64,000 nt of DNA from Pseudomonadota bacterium (GCA_026418415.1 JAOABK010000007.1:1-64000), one strand, 5' to 3'. Counted from the first letter of the stretch, positions 21,481 through 30,948 are shown. Made by a program: numbers and translations. The notes: generated from the letters alone by a model not told the origin.

Positions 21481-22056
21481 ATGGATTATATAAACTTTAA
21501 TGAGATTAAAAGCTTCACAAAAGAAGATTGGAAAAATCTCATTTATTTTCTTGGTCTTGAATTCAATGCTGCAAAAAGATACGAAATATTCATTTCTCTG
21601 ATTAAAGATCCCAATATTAATCGTACATTAGAGGGAATAAAAAGGAATGAAGAAGAGCACATTGAAAGTGCAATTTCATTGATAAAAAAATTTGCTGACC
21701 AAAATGCTCCCGCTGGTTTTAGAACTTTATTAGCTCTTATGAAGATCAACCTTGACTTCGAAGAAAGAGCAATAAAAGTATATCAAGGATTTGCATCTGC
21801 ATCGAGTGATCCAATCCTTAAAGAACACTATAACTCTCTCATAAAGGCAGAAAATGGACATTTAAATATCTTTCGCAAATATATTGAAGAGATTGAGAAA
21901 CAGCTTTTGGATGTTATATTCTATTGCCCTGTTTGTGGTTGGGATATTAATTTTGGCAAAACTCCAAAAGAAGGCGATAGAAGCTGTTGTCAGAGATGTG
22001 GAACTCATGTTGAAGTTTATATTGAAAATGGCGATTATGAAATAAGAAGAGTTTAA
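21481..22056 (+). CDS. Ferritin-like diiron domain protein with C-terminal zinc-ribbon (rubrerythrin-like)
   Basis: Two E...ExxH-type motifs (NEEEH, ENGH), then CPVCG...CQRCG. Confidence 0.5.
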   Translation: MDYINFNEIKSFTKEDWKNLIYFLGLEFNAAKRYEIFISLIKDPNINRTLEGIKRNEEEHIESAISLIKKFADQNAPAGFRTLLALMKINLDFEERAIKVYQGFASASSDPILKEHYNSLIKAENGHLNIFRKYIEEIEKQLLDVIFYCPVCGWDINFGKTPKEGDRSCCQRCGTHVEVYIENGDYEIRRV

Positions 22057-22121
22057 TAAAATTCTTAGTAAAAGTATATATATAAAATTTTTAAAAAATG
22101 TTATTTTTAATTACCTAAATT

Positions 22122-22943
22122 ATGGCTAACAAGTTCACTGTTACAATTTTATTAATTTTAATTCTTACAACTCCAATTTTTTCAGCACAAAATAAAACAA
22201 TCATATTAGCAACAACAACGAGTGTTCAGGATTCGGGACTTCTTGAAGTAATAATTCCTCTGTTTGAAAAAAAAACTGGATATTTTGTAAAAACAATAGC
22301 AGTCGGATCTGGACAGGCAATGGCCTTAGGAAAAAGGGGTGAGGCTGATCTTTTATTGGTTCATTCACCCGAAGAGGAAATAAAATTTATAAAGGAAGGC
22401 TACGGTATAAATAGGAAAAGCTTTATTTATAATGACTATTTACTTTTGGGACCAAAATCAAATCCAGCAAAGATAATCTATAATGAAAACATAGTAGAGG
22501 CATTTAAAAAAATTTCAAAAACAAAATCCCTATTTATCTCGCGAGGAGACAACTCAGGGACCCATATAAAAGAATTATATATATGGTCAAAAGCGGGTAT
22601 TAATCCTAATGGTGAAAGGTGGTATCAGGAAACTGGTAATGGTATGGGACAAACTTTAATAATAGCAGATGAAAAAGATGGATATATACTTTCTGACAGA
22701 GGAACATATTTAACTTTAAAAAGGAGGTTAAAGAATTTAGCAATTATTATAGATAAAGAAGAATCTCTGAAAAATGTATACTCCCTTATAGAAGTAAATC
22801 CCGATAAATTTAAGAATCTGAATAATAGGGGGGCAAAATTATTTATCGAATTCATGACAACATCAAAGGAAGTTAAAGATATTATAAAATCTTTTGGCAA
22901 AAAAGAATTTGGAGAACCAATATTTTACTTATTTTCTCAATAG
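22122..22943 (+). CDS. tupA: Tungstate ABC transporter substrate-binding protein TupA
   Basis: Signal peptide and the TupA signature ATTTSVQDSGLL. Confidence 0.7.
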   Translation: MANKFTVTILLILILTTPIFSAQNKTIILATTTSVQDSGLLEVIIPLFEKKTGYFVKTIAVGSGQAMALGKRGEADLLLVHSPEEEIKFIKEGYGINRKSFIYNDYLLLGPKSNPAKIIYNENIVEAFKKISKTKSLFISRGDNSGTHIKELYIWSKAGINPNGERWYQETGNGMGQTLIIADEKDGYILSDRGTYLTLKRRLKNLAIIIDKEESLKNVYSLIEVNPDKFKNLNNRGAKLFIEFMTTSKEVKDIIKSFGKKEFGEPIFYLFSQ

Positions 22944-22958
22944 CAAAGGAAATCTTTT

Positions 22959-23663
22959 ATGGATGTAATAATAGAATCATTATCTAAGGCTTTAAAACTA
23001 CTTTTAACTTTTGATAAAGAGACCTATGATGTCATAATACTATCTTTTAAAGTTTCTATATTATCATCATTAATTAGCGGTATAATAGGAATATCTCTCG
23101 CGTTTTTTTTATCAATTAAAGATTTCCCAGGAAAGAAAATCCTTTTATCCTTCATAAACACTGGTATGGCAATGCCCCCAGTAATAGCAGGTTTGTTAAT
23201 AACAATTCTGCTCTGGCGTAATGGAATTTTAGGCTCCTTTGAACTACTCTATACTCCCTATGCAATGATTATCGCACAGACTCTCCTTGCTACACCTATA
23301 ATTTTAGGAATCAGTGTCTCTGCCTTTCAGAGTTTTCCTGATAAATTTATACTACAATTATTGGGATTAGGCGCAAATAAAGTGCACCTTTTTTTAATTA
23401 TGTTAAAAGAATGTAAACTTTCAATTTTATCTGCAATTATGGCTGGCTTTGGAACTGTTATATCTGAAGTAGGGGCATCTTTAATGGTGGGTGGCAATAT
23501 TAAAGGATATACAAGAGTTCTAACCACTGCTACTATAACTGAAACATCTAAAGGCAATTTCGACCTTGCAATAGCATATGGCATTATTCTACTATTTATC
23601 ACTTTGACAATAAACCTAATTTTAACAAAAATTCAACAAACTTCGGTAAAAAGACATGGATAG
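22959..23663 (+). CDS. tupB: Tungstate ABC transporter permease TupB
   Basis: Permease with an EAA-like loop, encoded between tupA and tupC. Confidence 0.65.
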   Translation: MDVIIESLSKALKLLLTFDKETYDVIILSFKVSILSSLISGIIGISLAFFLSIKDFPGKKILLSFINTGMAMPPVIAGLLITILLWRNGILGSFELLYTPYAMIIAQTLLATPIILGISVSAFQSFPDKFILQLLGLGANKVHLFLIMLKECKLSILSAIMAGFGTVISEVGASLMVGGNIKGYTRVLTTATITETSKGNFDLAIAYGIILLFITLTINLILTKIQQTSVKRHG

Positions 23664-24741
23664 TATACTCAGAGTCCAAAACTTATATGTTAAAAAGTCC
23701 TCTAAAATAATAATAGACATACCTGATCTTTCTTTATCTGAAGGTACAATTACATCAATTATAGGTGAAAATGGTGCAGGAAAAACAACATTGATACTAA
23801 CCCTTGCGGGTCTTCTACGACCAACTAATGGAGAGATCTATTTTTATCAAAAGAAAATAGGAACAGAACTATCTTTAAAAAAATACAGACAGAATATCGC
23901 GATTGTATTTCAGGAAAATATGCTAATTAATGACACTGTATATGAAAATATAGCATTAGGACTTAAATTTCGTAAAATGAATAAACTTATAATCAAAGAA
24001 AAAGTTAAAAAGATGCTCGAAATATTTAAAATCTCCCATCTTAGAGATAGAAAGGCCCATACACTATCTGGCGGAGAAGCCAAAAGGGTTAGTATTGCAA
24101 GGGCTTTAGTATTAGAACCAGATATACTTTTTCTTGATGAGCCGTTCACCTCTTTAGATTCTATATCAAAAGAAGAAATAATATCTGACATGATAGAAAT
24201 TCTTAGAAAAAAAAAGGTTACCACTATACTCAGTACTCATGATAAGTTTGAGGCTTTTAGATTGTCTGATTTAATTATCGTAATGGAAAGCGGTAAAATA
24301 ATTCAAAAGGGCAATAAAGAGGATATAATAAAACATCCTGCAAATAGTTTTGTTGCCTCTTTTATAGGTGCAGAAAATATTTTAGAAGGAATAGTAATAG
24401 CAAAAAAAGACGGTGGTTTTATAGCAAAAGTCCATGATAAGCTTTTAGAATGTGTTGGTAGTTATGAGATAGGTGATAAAGTTTTACTTTGTATAAGACC
24501 TGAAAATATTTTCATATCAAAACATACCCTTGCAGAAGAAATAAGTACAAGAAACCTTTTTGAAGGGAAGATAAAAGAAATTATAAACTTTGGACATTTC
24601 TATAGAATAACAATAGATACTGGTTTCAACCTAATTGCCTATATTACAAAAACATCAATTGATAAATTATCTTTGAAGATTGGAGACGATGTAATCACTG
24701 GTTTCAAAGCAACATCTATACACACAATTTCTAAGGTTTAG
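23656..24741 (+). CDS. tupC: Tungstate/molybdate ABC transporter ATP-binding protein with C-terminal TOBE domain
   Basis: Walker A GENGAGKTT, signature LSGGEAKR, and a C-terminal extension of about 120 aa. Confidence 0.7.
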   Translation: MDSILRVQNLYVKKSSKIIIDIPDLSLSEGTITSIIGENGAGKTTLILTLAGLLRPTNGEIYFYQKKIGTELSLKKYRQNIAIVFQENMLINDTVYENIALGLKFRKMNKLIIKEKVKKMLEIFKISHLRDRKAHTLSGGEAKRVSIARALVLEPDILFLDEPFTSLDSISKEEIISDMIEILRKKKVTTILSTHDKFEAFRLSDLIIVMESGKIIQKGNKEDIIKHPANSFVASFIGAENILEGIVIAKKDGGFIAKVHDKLLECVGSYEIGDKVLLCIRPENIFISKHTLAEEISTRNLFEGKIKEIINFGHFYRITIDTGFNLIAYITKTSIDKLSLKIGDDVITGFKATSIHTISKV

Positions 24742-24745
24742 GTTT

Positions 24746-26164
24746 CTATTTCAAAAATCCAAACTTTTTCATTCTATATCTCATTGCATCAACCCCAATA
24801 TTTAACAATCTCGCTGCCTTTGATTGATTGCCTTTAGCTATTGTTAAGGCTTGTCTTATTAGTTCCTTTTCTACCTCTTCAATATCAATGCCCTCTTGGG
24901 GAATCCTTATTTCGAAACTTCCTGAAGCCATAGATCTATTTGAAGAAGCTATTATTTCAGCTGGTAATCTTTCTACCATTATCATTTCTTCATCTTCAAA
25001 AATCATGGCCCTCTCAATAACATTTCTAAGTTCCCTAATATTTCCAGGCCAATCATATTGCATTATCATTTTCATCGCTATTGGAGAGAATCCTTTAACA
25101 TTCTTTTTAAATTCACTATTGAAATACTTGATGAAATAATTAGCAAGTTCTACTATATCTTCTCTTCTCTCCCTTAAGGGTGGAATATAAATTGGCACAA
25201 CTTTTATTCTATAATAAAGATCTTCTCTAAATTTACCTTCTTGAACCAACTTCTTCAGTATCTTATTAGTTGCAGCAATTATCTGTACATCTACTGGGAT
25301 ATCGGTTAACCCACCAACCCTACGAACTTTTCTTTCTTCTAAAAATCTCAACATTTTCGCCTGTATGGTCATGGGCATGTCACCAATTTCATCTAAGAAT
25401 AAAGATCCACCATCAGCAAGCTCAATCAAGCCTTGTTTAGTCGATTTAGCATCAGTAAAAGCACCTTTTTCATACCCAAATAATTCACTTTCTAAGAGTG
25501 TCTCAGGAACAGATGCACAATTTATTGCAATAAATGGTCCTTCAGCTCTTTTGCCAGAGCCATGAATTGCTTTTGCAATTAGCTCTTTTCCAACACCACT
25601 TTCACCCTCAATTAACACAACCTTTACGTCTGCTTCTGCTACTCTTGTAATTAATTCTTTAATTTCTTTAATTGCTTTACTTGAACCTACTATTGCATCT
25701 AAGCTATACTTCTTTTCCCTTTCTTTTTTATAATAGTTAATTTCTTTGAGCTTTCTCGAATATTCTTCCGCCTTTTTAATGACCACTAACATCTCATCCA
25801 TTGAAAAGGGCTTATTAATATAATCAAAAGCGCCTAATTTCATTGCTTTAACAGCACTTTCTGCACTTCCATAAGCAGTTATTATTATTACTACTGTATC
25901 TGGAGACTTTTCTTTTATAAGTGCTAATAGATCGAGTCCTGTAATCTTTGGCAACATTAGATCCAAGAGAACAATATCAAATTGGGTATATTCGATAGCT
26001 TTTATAGCATCTTTTGAATTATTAACAACCGTAACATCATAATTATTTTTCTCAAGTTCTGTTTTTAGCATATCGCAAATCAGTTTTTCATCATCAACGA
26101 TCAAGACCTTATTCATTTTTTTGCTCCTTGCTGTGTTTGTCCCGGTGTAAAAATAAACTCCCAA
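24746..26164 (-). CDS. sigma54-dependent response regulator, PilR-like, orphan (no cognate kinase adjacent)
   Basis: REC domain, AAA+ domain with GESGVGKE and GAFTDA, and a C-terminal Fis-type HTH. It is the last gene of the pseudopilin/T2SS operon. Confidence 0.8.
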   Translation of the reverse strand: MGVYFYTGTNTARSKKMNKVLIVDDEKLICDMLKTELEKNNYDVTVVNNSKDAIKAIEYTQFDIVLLDLMLPKITGLDLLALIKEKSPDTVVIIITAYGSAESAVKAMKLGAFDYINKPFSMDEMLVVIKKAEEYSRKLKEINYYKKEREKKYSLDAIVGSSKAIKEIKELITRVAEADVKVVLIEGESGVGKELIAKAIHGSGKRAEGPFIAINCASVPETLLESELFGYEKGAFTDAKSTKQGLIELADGGSLFLDEIGDMPMTIQAKMLRFLEERKVRRVGGLTDIPVDVQIIAATNKILKKLVQEGKFREDLYYRIKVVPIYIPPLRERREDIVELANYFIKYFNSEFKKNVKGFSPIAMKMIMQYDWPGNIRELRNVIERAMIFEDEEMIMVERLPAEIIASSNRSMASGSFEIRIPQEGIDIEEVEKELIRQALTIAKGNQSKAARLLNIGVDAMRYRMKKFGFLK

Positions 26165-26730
26165 TCCCTATATCTCATTTTTCCTTCAAAATTTTTGTAA
26201 ATTTCTGGAAATCCTTTCTTTTTTAACGGTTCTTTTTCGCTTTTGCTTCTAACACCTTTAATTCTCATGCCTGTACCTGGCTGAAGTGAAGAAGAAGGTA
26301 CACCTTTGACATCACCTTCGGGGGTGACGGGAATCAGTTCCCACTCACCATCTAAAGTCATAGGGTCTTTATATAATTTTCTTAAATGCCTTTGAACAGA
26401 AAGACACCTTTTATCTTTTAAAAGATCTTCTAAGCTTGAAGGATACATATTTGGATGTCTGCAGTTTTTAGAATCATTGTAATAACTTTCTATTGCTTTT
26501 CTAATCTGGTCACCCCTGAAAAGAAGTTCCTCTTCTTTCTCTCTTTGTATAGCCTTACTCCAAATTTTACCCACAGCTGCCATACCTGCTCCAATGAATA
26601 ATAATGTTATCACAACAAAAGCAAGAGTAAAACCTTTTTCATTAACCTTCATAAATCTAACATTACCAATCACTATAGGGAGTTCCAGATAAACTAATTT
26701 CATTACTTCCACTCTTAACATCATAAACAC
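26113..26730 (-). CDS. Pseudopilin-like protein lacking Glu+5 (prepilin-type N-terminus KG/FTLAFVV)
   Basis: Prepilin-like hydrophobic N-terminus and a C-terminal region paralogous to the two upstream pseudopilins (R-K-A-I-x-x-Y-Y...SLEDL). Confidence 0.55.
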   Translation of the reverse strand: MFMMLRVEVMKLVYLELPIVIGNVRFMKVNEKGFTLAFVVITLLFIGAGMAAVGKIWSKAIQREKEEELLFRGDQIRKAIESYYNDSKNCRHPNMYPSSLEDLLKDKRCLSVQRHLRKLYKDPMTLDGEWELIPVTPEGDVKGVPSSSLQPGTGMRIKGVRSKSEKEPLKKKGFPEIYKNFEGKMRYRDWEFIFTPGQTQQGAKK

Positions 26731-27052
26731 CTGTTTCCTCTGGATTAGGTGGCGGAACTATAATCCAAGTGGTATTTGAATTAGTTATTGGATCTCTTGG
26801 TATAGACCTTAGATAACCCTTCTGAACTAAATCTTCTAAACTACCAGGATATGTACCGTTATCTGCATAGTATTGATCTATTGCACTTCTCATAGCAAAT
26901 AGATTCTCTTTCAAAACGGTCTCTCTTGCTCTTTTAACAGAATTCTTGTAGGTTGGCTGTGCGATAGTTAAAAGAATACCTATAATAGTTATTACTATTA
27001 ACAACTCTATTAAAGTAAATCCTCTATTACCATTCTTTGTAATAAGTTCCAT
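26663..27052 (-). CDS. GspG-like type II secretion major pseudopilin / type IV pilin-like protein
   Basis: Classical prepilin peptidase site G/FTLIELLIVITIIGIL, and a GspG-like C-terminal YL..IPRDP motif. Confidence 0.8.
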   Translation of the reverse strand: MELITKNGNRGFTLIELLIVITIIGILLTIAQPTYKNSVKRARETVLKENLFAMRSAIDQYYADNGTYPGSLEDLVQKGYLRSIPRDPITNSNTTWIIVPPPNPEETGVYDVKSGSNEISLSGTPYSDW

Positions 27053-27539
27053 CTAAGGCTTTCTCCTCACTTAAAGAGTACACATCATATACATCCTCGC
27101 CTTCTTGAGGACTGTCTGGATCGCTTGCATAGCTTCTTTTGCCCCATGTATCTTCGGGTTTTAAATTTGGGTCATTATTAAAAGGATCCCTTGGAATTCT
27201 CCTAAGGAAATATATTTTTTTACCAGTACCCTTTAGATCATCTACTCCCTCAACTAAAACATTTAAATTTGGTGGATACCCACTATCTGTTGCAGTACCA
27301 GGCTTAACTGGAAGGGTTTTTGCAATTTTGCCATATTGCTCGTAATAATCATCAATCGCTTTTCTAATCATTCGTAAATTATATCTCAATTCCATCTCCT
27401 TAACTCTTTTAACAGACATCCTTGCAACTGGAAATACTGCTGTTGCCAAAACTGCTAAAATTGCAACTGCAACAACAAGTTCTACTAAAGTAACTCCCCT
27501 TTTACTTATCATAAGACTACTGCACTTCCATAAAACCAT
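27027..27539 (-). CDS. Pseudopilin / type IV pilin-like protein (start probably at internal MISKRG/VTLVEL)
   Basis: Prepilin motif G/VTLVELVVAVAIL with Glu+5, and a C-terminal RRIPRDPFNNDP motif shared with its neighbours. Confidence 0.75.
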   Translation of the reverse strand: MVLWKCSSLMISKRGVTLVELVVAVAILAVLATAVFPVARMSVKRVKEMELRYNLRMIRKAIDDYYEQYGKIAKTLPVKPGTATDSGYPPNLNVLVEGVDDLKGTGKKIYFLRRIPRDPFNNDPNLKPEDTWGKRSYASDPDSPQEGEDVYDVYSLSEEKALDGTYYKEW

Positions 27540-29883
27540 TAACCGTTCTTACAGTATATTGTTTTCCATCCTTAGTTTTTACTCTACAGTTCTTAAGCAA
27601 AATCATTTCCATCCCTGGTGCTTTTCTTTTGCCTTTTATGTCCACAATGCCAATTGTGAAGGTTCCTGAAACTTCTTCGCTTAATTTAGCGTAAATACTA
27701 AAGCTTCCAGATTTTTCATCAAAGCTCCACTGATATACATCTCCCTCTTTCATGGGAGGTCTTGCTTCTCTAAATTTTATTGGTTCAAGAAATAGAGGAT
27801 TTATCTGACCAGAAACCTCAAACTCAACAATAGGTGGAATTTCTGAAAATGCAATTTCCACTTCTATCTCCTCTCCAACTCCTAATATTTCAGGTACAAT
27901 TGGAGCAACAAACACAATCTCATCCCTAAACAGATCTTCTGGTTTGATACCAACTAATTGTTCTTCTTTAACCTCCTGAACAGCTTTAATTTCTCGCTGG
28001 GGTACTATGCTCTGTTCCTTTTTTTCTTCCACCGGTTTTGGTCTTTCAATAACACCTTTACCCCTACCCTCAGCTGATGGTTCTGTTACAGACCTTAACA
28101 TGGGTTTTGAAGTCATTCTATCTTCAGTGCCAGACCAAATATTTGTTGCGGTCAATGGTGGTTGAACAACTCCTTTGGTAATATGTGGTGTGATAGAAAT
28201 AAAGATGTCTGACTGGTCGACCTTGTCTTCATAACTGCTAAAAAGTCTTCCAATAATTGGTATCTCACTAAGAAATATAATTCCAGATTTTGTTCTAGAG
28301 GTCCTATTCTGAATTAAACCACCAAGAACTGTAGTTTCTCCATCCTTTAATCTCAATATAGTTTTTGCATTTCTTGTTCCTATACGATATACAGTTGTTC
28401 CATTTGGGGTTCTATTTTCTGCAACAATATTGCTTACTTCAGCATCTATCTTAATCTCTACCTCATCATTTGAAAGAATCTTTGGCTCAGCATTGAACTT
28501 AACACCCACATCCACATATTGTACATTTTCTGAACGATTATCCACACCACTAACAGTAACTGTAATTACTGGTACTCTATCACCCACATGGACCTGTGAC
28601 TTTGCCCCATCGAGAGCTCTTAATTGTGGATTTGCTAATGTCTTAGTTACACCTGTCTGTTTTAGAAAATTTAGTGTAACTGTTGGCAGTGTAAACAATA
28701 CATTTCTCTCAAACATTGATTTTTCTAAATCCCTAATATTAACAAGGGTTGCATTAGTTCCTGTCAGAGAAGAGCTACTTGTAACAGACGTTGGAGGATT
28801 CCCTTTTGCAAACCCAGCCTGAATATTTAGAGGACTAAAATCTATACCCAGCTTCTCTAAATCATTTCTATTTACTTCAAGAAATTCTAAGTTTAAAACT
28901 ACTTCTGGTTTAGGTAAGTCATTTGCTTCAATAACCCTTTCTGCTATTTCTAAAGAATCAGCATCAGCTCTAATAACTATTGCATTTTGATCTTCATTAA
29001 CGAATATCTGTCTTGCCTCTATAAGGCTTCTTATTGTATTTATCATTTTTTTCGCATCAGAGTATTTGAGAAAAAAGGTTCTTATATAATACTCATCATA
29101 TTCTTTTCTTTTCTGTTTATTATCTGGATAAACTATAACATTTTTCGGATTGACAATCTTTACAGCTAACTTGTTTGAAAAAAGCAAAAGCTCAAGAGCT
29201 TGAACAAAAGTTGCATCTTCTATAAATATTGTAACCTTAGTATCTCTTATTGCTTCATCAAAAACAAAATTAATACCCGATAACTTAGAAAGAACTTCGA
29301 AAACATCCTTAATGCTTGCATCTTTAAACTTTAACGTTACTGGCTTTGAAGAATCAAAGGATAGTTCATACTCGAAACGTGATTTTTGATCCTGAGCAGA
29401 AAGCAAATCAAGCAATTCTTTTGCCTCTTTTGAATTTGGATCCAATCCATATGCTCTTTTTGCAGATTCATAGGCTTCTTTAAACTTGTTTAGAGCATAA
29501 AACTCTCTTGCTTTAGTAAGACTTTCCAAAGAGTCCTTTTTTCTCTTTACCTCTTGTAAAAAATTTAAAGCATTTTTGTAATTTGGATCTAAGACAAGGG
29601 TCATTTGAAACTCTTTTTCTGCCTCAGCAAAGTTATTCTCCTCCATAAATTTTATGCCCTTTTTAAAATGTTCTTTCGCAGAGGCCTCTTTTGCCCTAAG
29701 AAGCTTAATTCTATACTCAAAATTCTTTGGGGATTCATTCAGGGCTCTTTGATAATAAGCAATGGCTTCATCGTATTTGCCTTCTTCCATCAACTTTTCA
29801 GCCACATTGTAAGATTTACTAGCGCAGGCAGATATTAAAAATATCAAAAATAAAAGAAAAATTATTTTATCTTTTTTTTGCAT
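27517..29883 (-). CDS. Secretin (GspD/PilQ family) with N-terminal lipoprotein TPR domain and C-terminal extension
   Basis: Lipobox LISAC, TPR repeats from about residue 25 to 150, N0/secretin_N-like modules, a secretin core (LRLKDGETTVLGGL...IPIIGRLF), then about 230 extra residues. Confidence 0.8.
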   Translation of the reverse strand: MQKKDKIIFLLFLIFLISACASKSYNVAEKLMEEGKYDEAIAYYQRALNESPKNFEYRIKLLRAKEASAKEHFKKGIKFMEENNFAEAEKEFQMTLVLDPNYKNALNFLQEVKRKKDSLESLTKAREFYALNKFKEAYESAKRAYGLDPNSKEAKELLDLLSAQDQKSRFEYELSFDSSKPVTLKFKDASIKDVFEVLSKLSGINFVFDEAIRDTKVTIFIEDATFVQALELLLFSNKLAVKIVNPKNVIVYPDNKQKRKEYDEYYIRTFFLKYSDAKKMINTIRSLIEARQIFVNEDQNAIVIRADADSLEIAERVIEANDLPKPEVVLNLEFLEVNRNDLEKLGIDFSPLNIQAGFAKGNPPTSVTSSSSLTGTNATLVNIRDLEKSMFERNVLFTLPTVTLNFLKQTGVTKTLANPQLRALDGAKSQVHVGDRVPVITVTVSGVDNRSENVQYVDVGVKFNAEPKILSNDEVEIKIDAEVSNIVAENRTPNGTTVYRIGTRNAKTILRLKDGETTVLGGLIQNRTSRTKSGIIFLSEIPIIGRLFSSYEDKVDQSDIFISITPHITKGVVQPPLTATNIWSGTEDRMTSKPMLRSVTEPSAEGRGKGVIERPKPVEEKKEQSIVPQREIKAVQEVKEEQLVGIKPEDLFRDEIVFVAPIVPEILGVGEEIEVEIAFSEIPPIVEFEVSGQINPLFLEPIKFREARPPMKEGDVYQWSFDEKSGSFSIYAKLSEEVSGTFTIGIVDIKGKRKAPGMEMILLKNCRVKTKDGKQYTVRTVNGFMEVQ
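27597..27611 (-). promoter_or_regulatory. Candidate sigma54 -24/-12 element upstream of the pseudopilin genes (inside the 3' end of the secretin gene)
   Basis: The minus strand reads TGGAAA-TGATT-TTGCT, with GG and GC at the correct spacing. It lies about 60 bp upstream of the first pseudopilin start. Confidence 0.3.
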
Positions 29884-30448
29884 CTTTCACCTCTTTTTCT
29901 ACCGTTAAAATTCTTTTTGTACCCTTATCATCAACTAAAATTACATCATTTTGTTCAATGCTTGTAACTATATAGTTTGTATTAAATATTTTATCGCCTC
30001 TCTTAAAGGATCTAATATCCCTATCTTTCTTAAAAAAGGCAAATTCTTTGTTTTCTTTTTTTAGAATTCCCATTAGTGAAATATCTTTTAATTCATCAAT
30101 TACTGGCTCTTTTTCTATTACTTTAGGTTTTGGATCTACTGGTAGAGGCGGTAATGGTGGTGCTTGTATTGTTACAACTTTTTTTCTCTCTTCTTCAAGT
30201 TTTTTTTGCTCTAAATCTGGCCTCACCAATTCACCAAACAAATCCTTATTTGTTATTTTTAGAGAGTTTTCTGGATACCTAACATTCCTAATATCAACAC
30301 CCTTTTCCTTAGCAGTAAAATTGATAGGTTTTTCTTTAGTTAAACTACTTTGATTTCCCCTCATAATATTTCCATTATATTTAATAATGATAAAAATTAG
30401 TATCCAGAGACCAACAAGGGACAATAAAATTTTCTTCTTTTTGTCCAT
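29867..30448 (-). CDS. PilP/GspC-like periplasmic component with N-terminal membrane anchor
   Basis: N-terminal TM, a Pro-rich linker and a C-terminal beta-rich domain, in the operon position of a PilP or GspC component. Confidence 0.4.
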   Translation of the reverse strand: MDKKKKILLSLVGLWILIFIIIKYNGNIMRGNQSSLTKEKPINFTAKEKGVDIRNVRYPENSLKITNKDLFGELVRPDLEQKKLEEERKKVVTIQAPPLPPLPVDPKPKVIEKEPVIDELKDISLMGILKKENKEFAFFKKDRDIRSFKRGDKIFNTNYIVTSIEQNDVILVDDKGTKRILTVEKEVKDAKKR

Positions 30449-30948
30449 TAATTCTCTTCCTTCAAATATGTATGTATAAGTAGATTCGCAGAAACAAGGG
30501 GTGGTTTCTTTGTTAATTTAATACCATTAATCTCCACAAAATGTGAGCCTCTTTCAAGAGTATGTATATATTTTCTTATCCCTTCATATGTACCATCTAC
30601 AGTTATATTTAACATTACCTTTTGTAGTTTAACATCTTTTTTTTCTTCAAATGAGTAAGTAATGTTCATCAAATCAATTTTCGCAAAATATGTCTGTTCA
30701 AACAAATAGGATATTAATTTAGGAAAATCTTTCGATGTTCTTAGTCTTTTTTCAAATTCCCCAACTTCCTCTTTCATCCTATAAATGTATTCAAAACCTG
30801 ATAAACCTTCATTTTTTATCTTGTTTCTTAAAGCGCTATATTCACTAATTAGCCTGTCAAGTTGATTTTGTTTAGAGGGAAGAAAAACAAACCAAAAGAG
30901 AAGGTTTATCAAAAAAAATAGTATAAAAATAATGCCTTTTCTTTTCAA
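30448..30948 (-). CDS. PilO/GspM-like inner-membrane component
   Basis: Single N-terminal TM, coiled coil and periplasmic domain, about 165 aa, between PilN-like and PilP-like genes. Confidence 0.45.
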   Translation of the reverse strand: MKRKGIIFILFFLINLLFWFVFLPSKQNQLDRLISEYSALRNKIKNEGLSGFEYIYRMKEEVGEFEKRLRTSKDFPKLISYLFEQTYFAKIDLMNITYSFEEKKDVKLQKVMLNITVDGTYEGIRKYIHTLERGSHFVEINGIKLTKKPPLVSANLLIHTYLKEEN

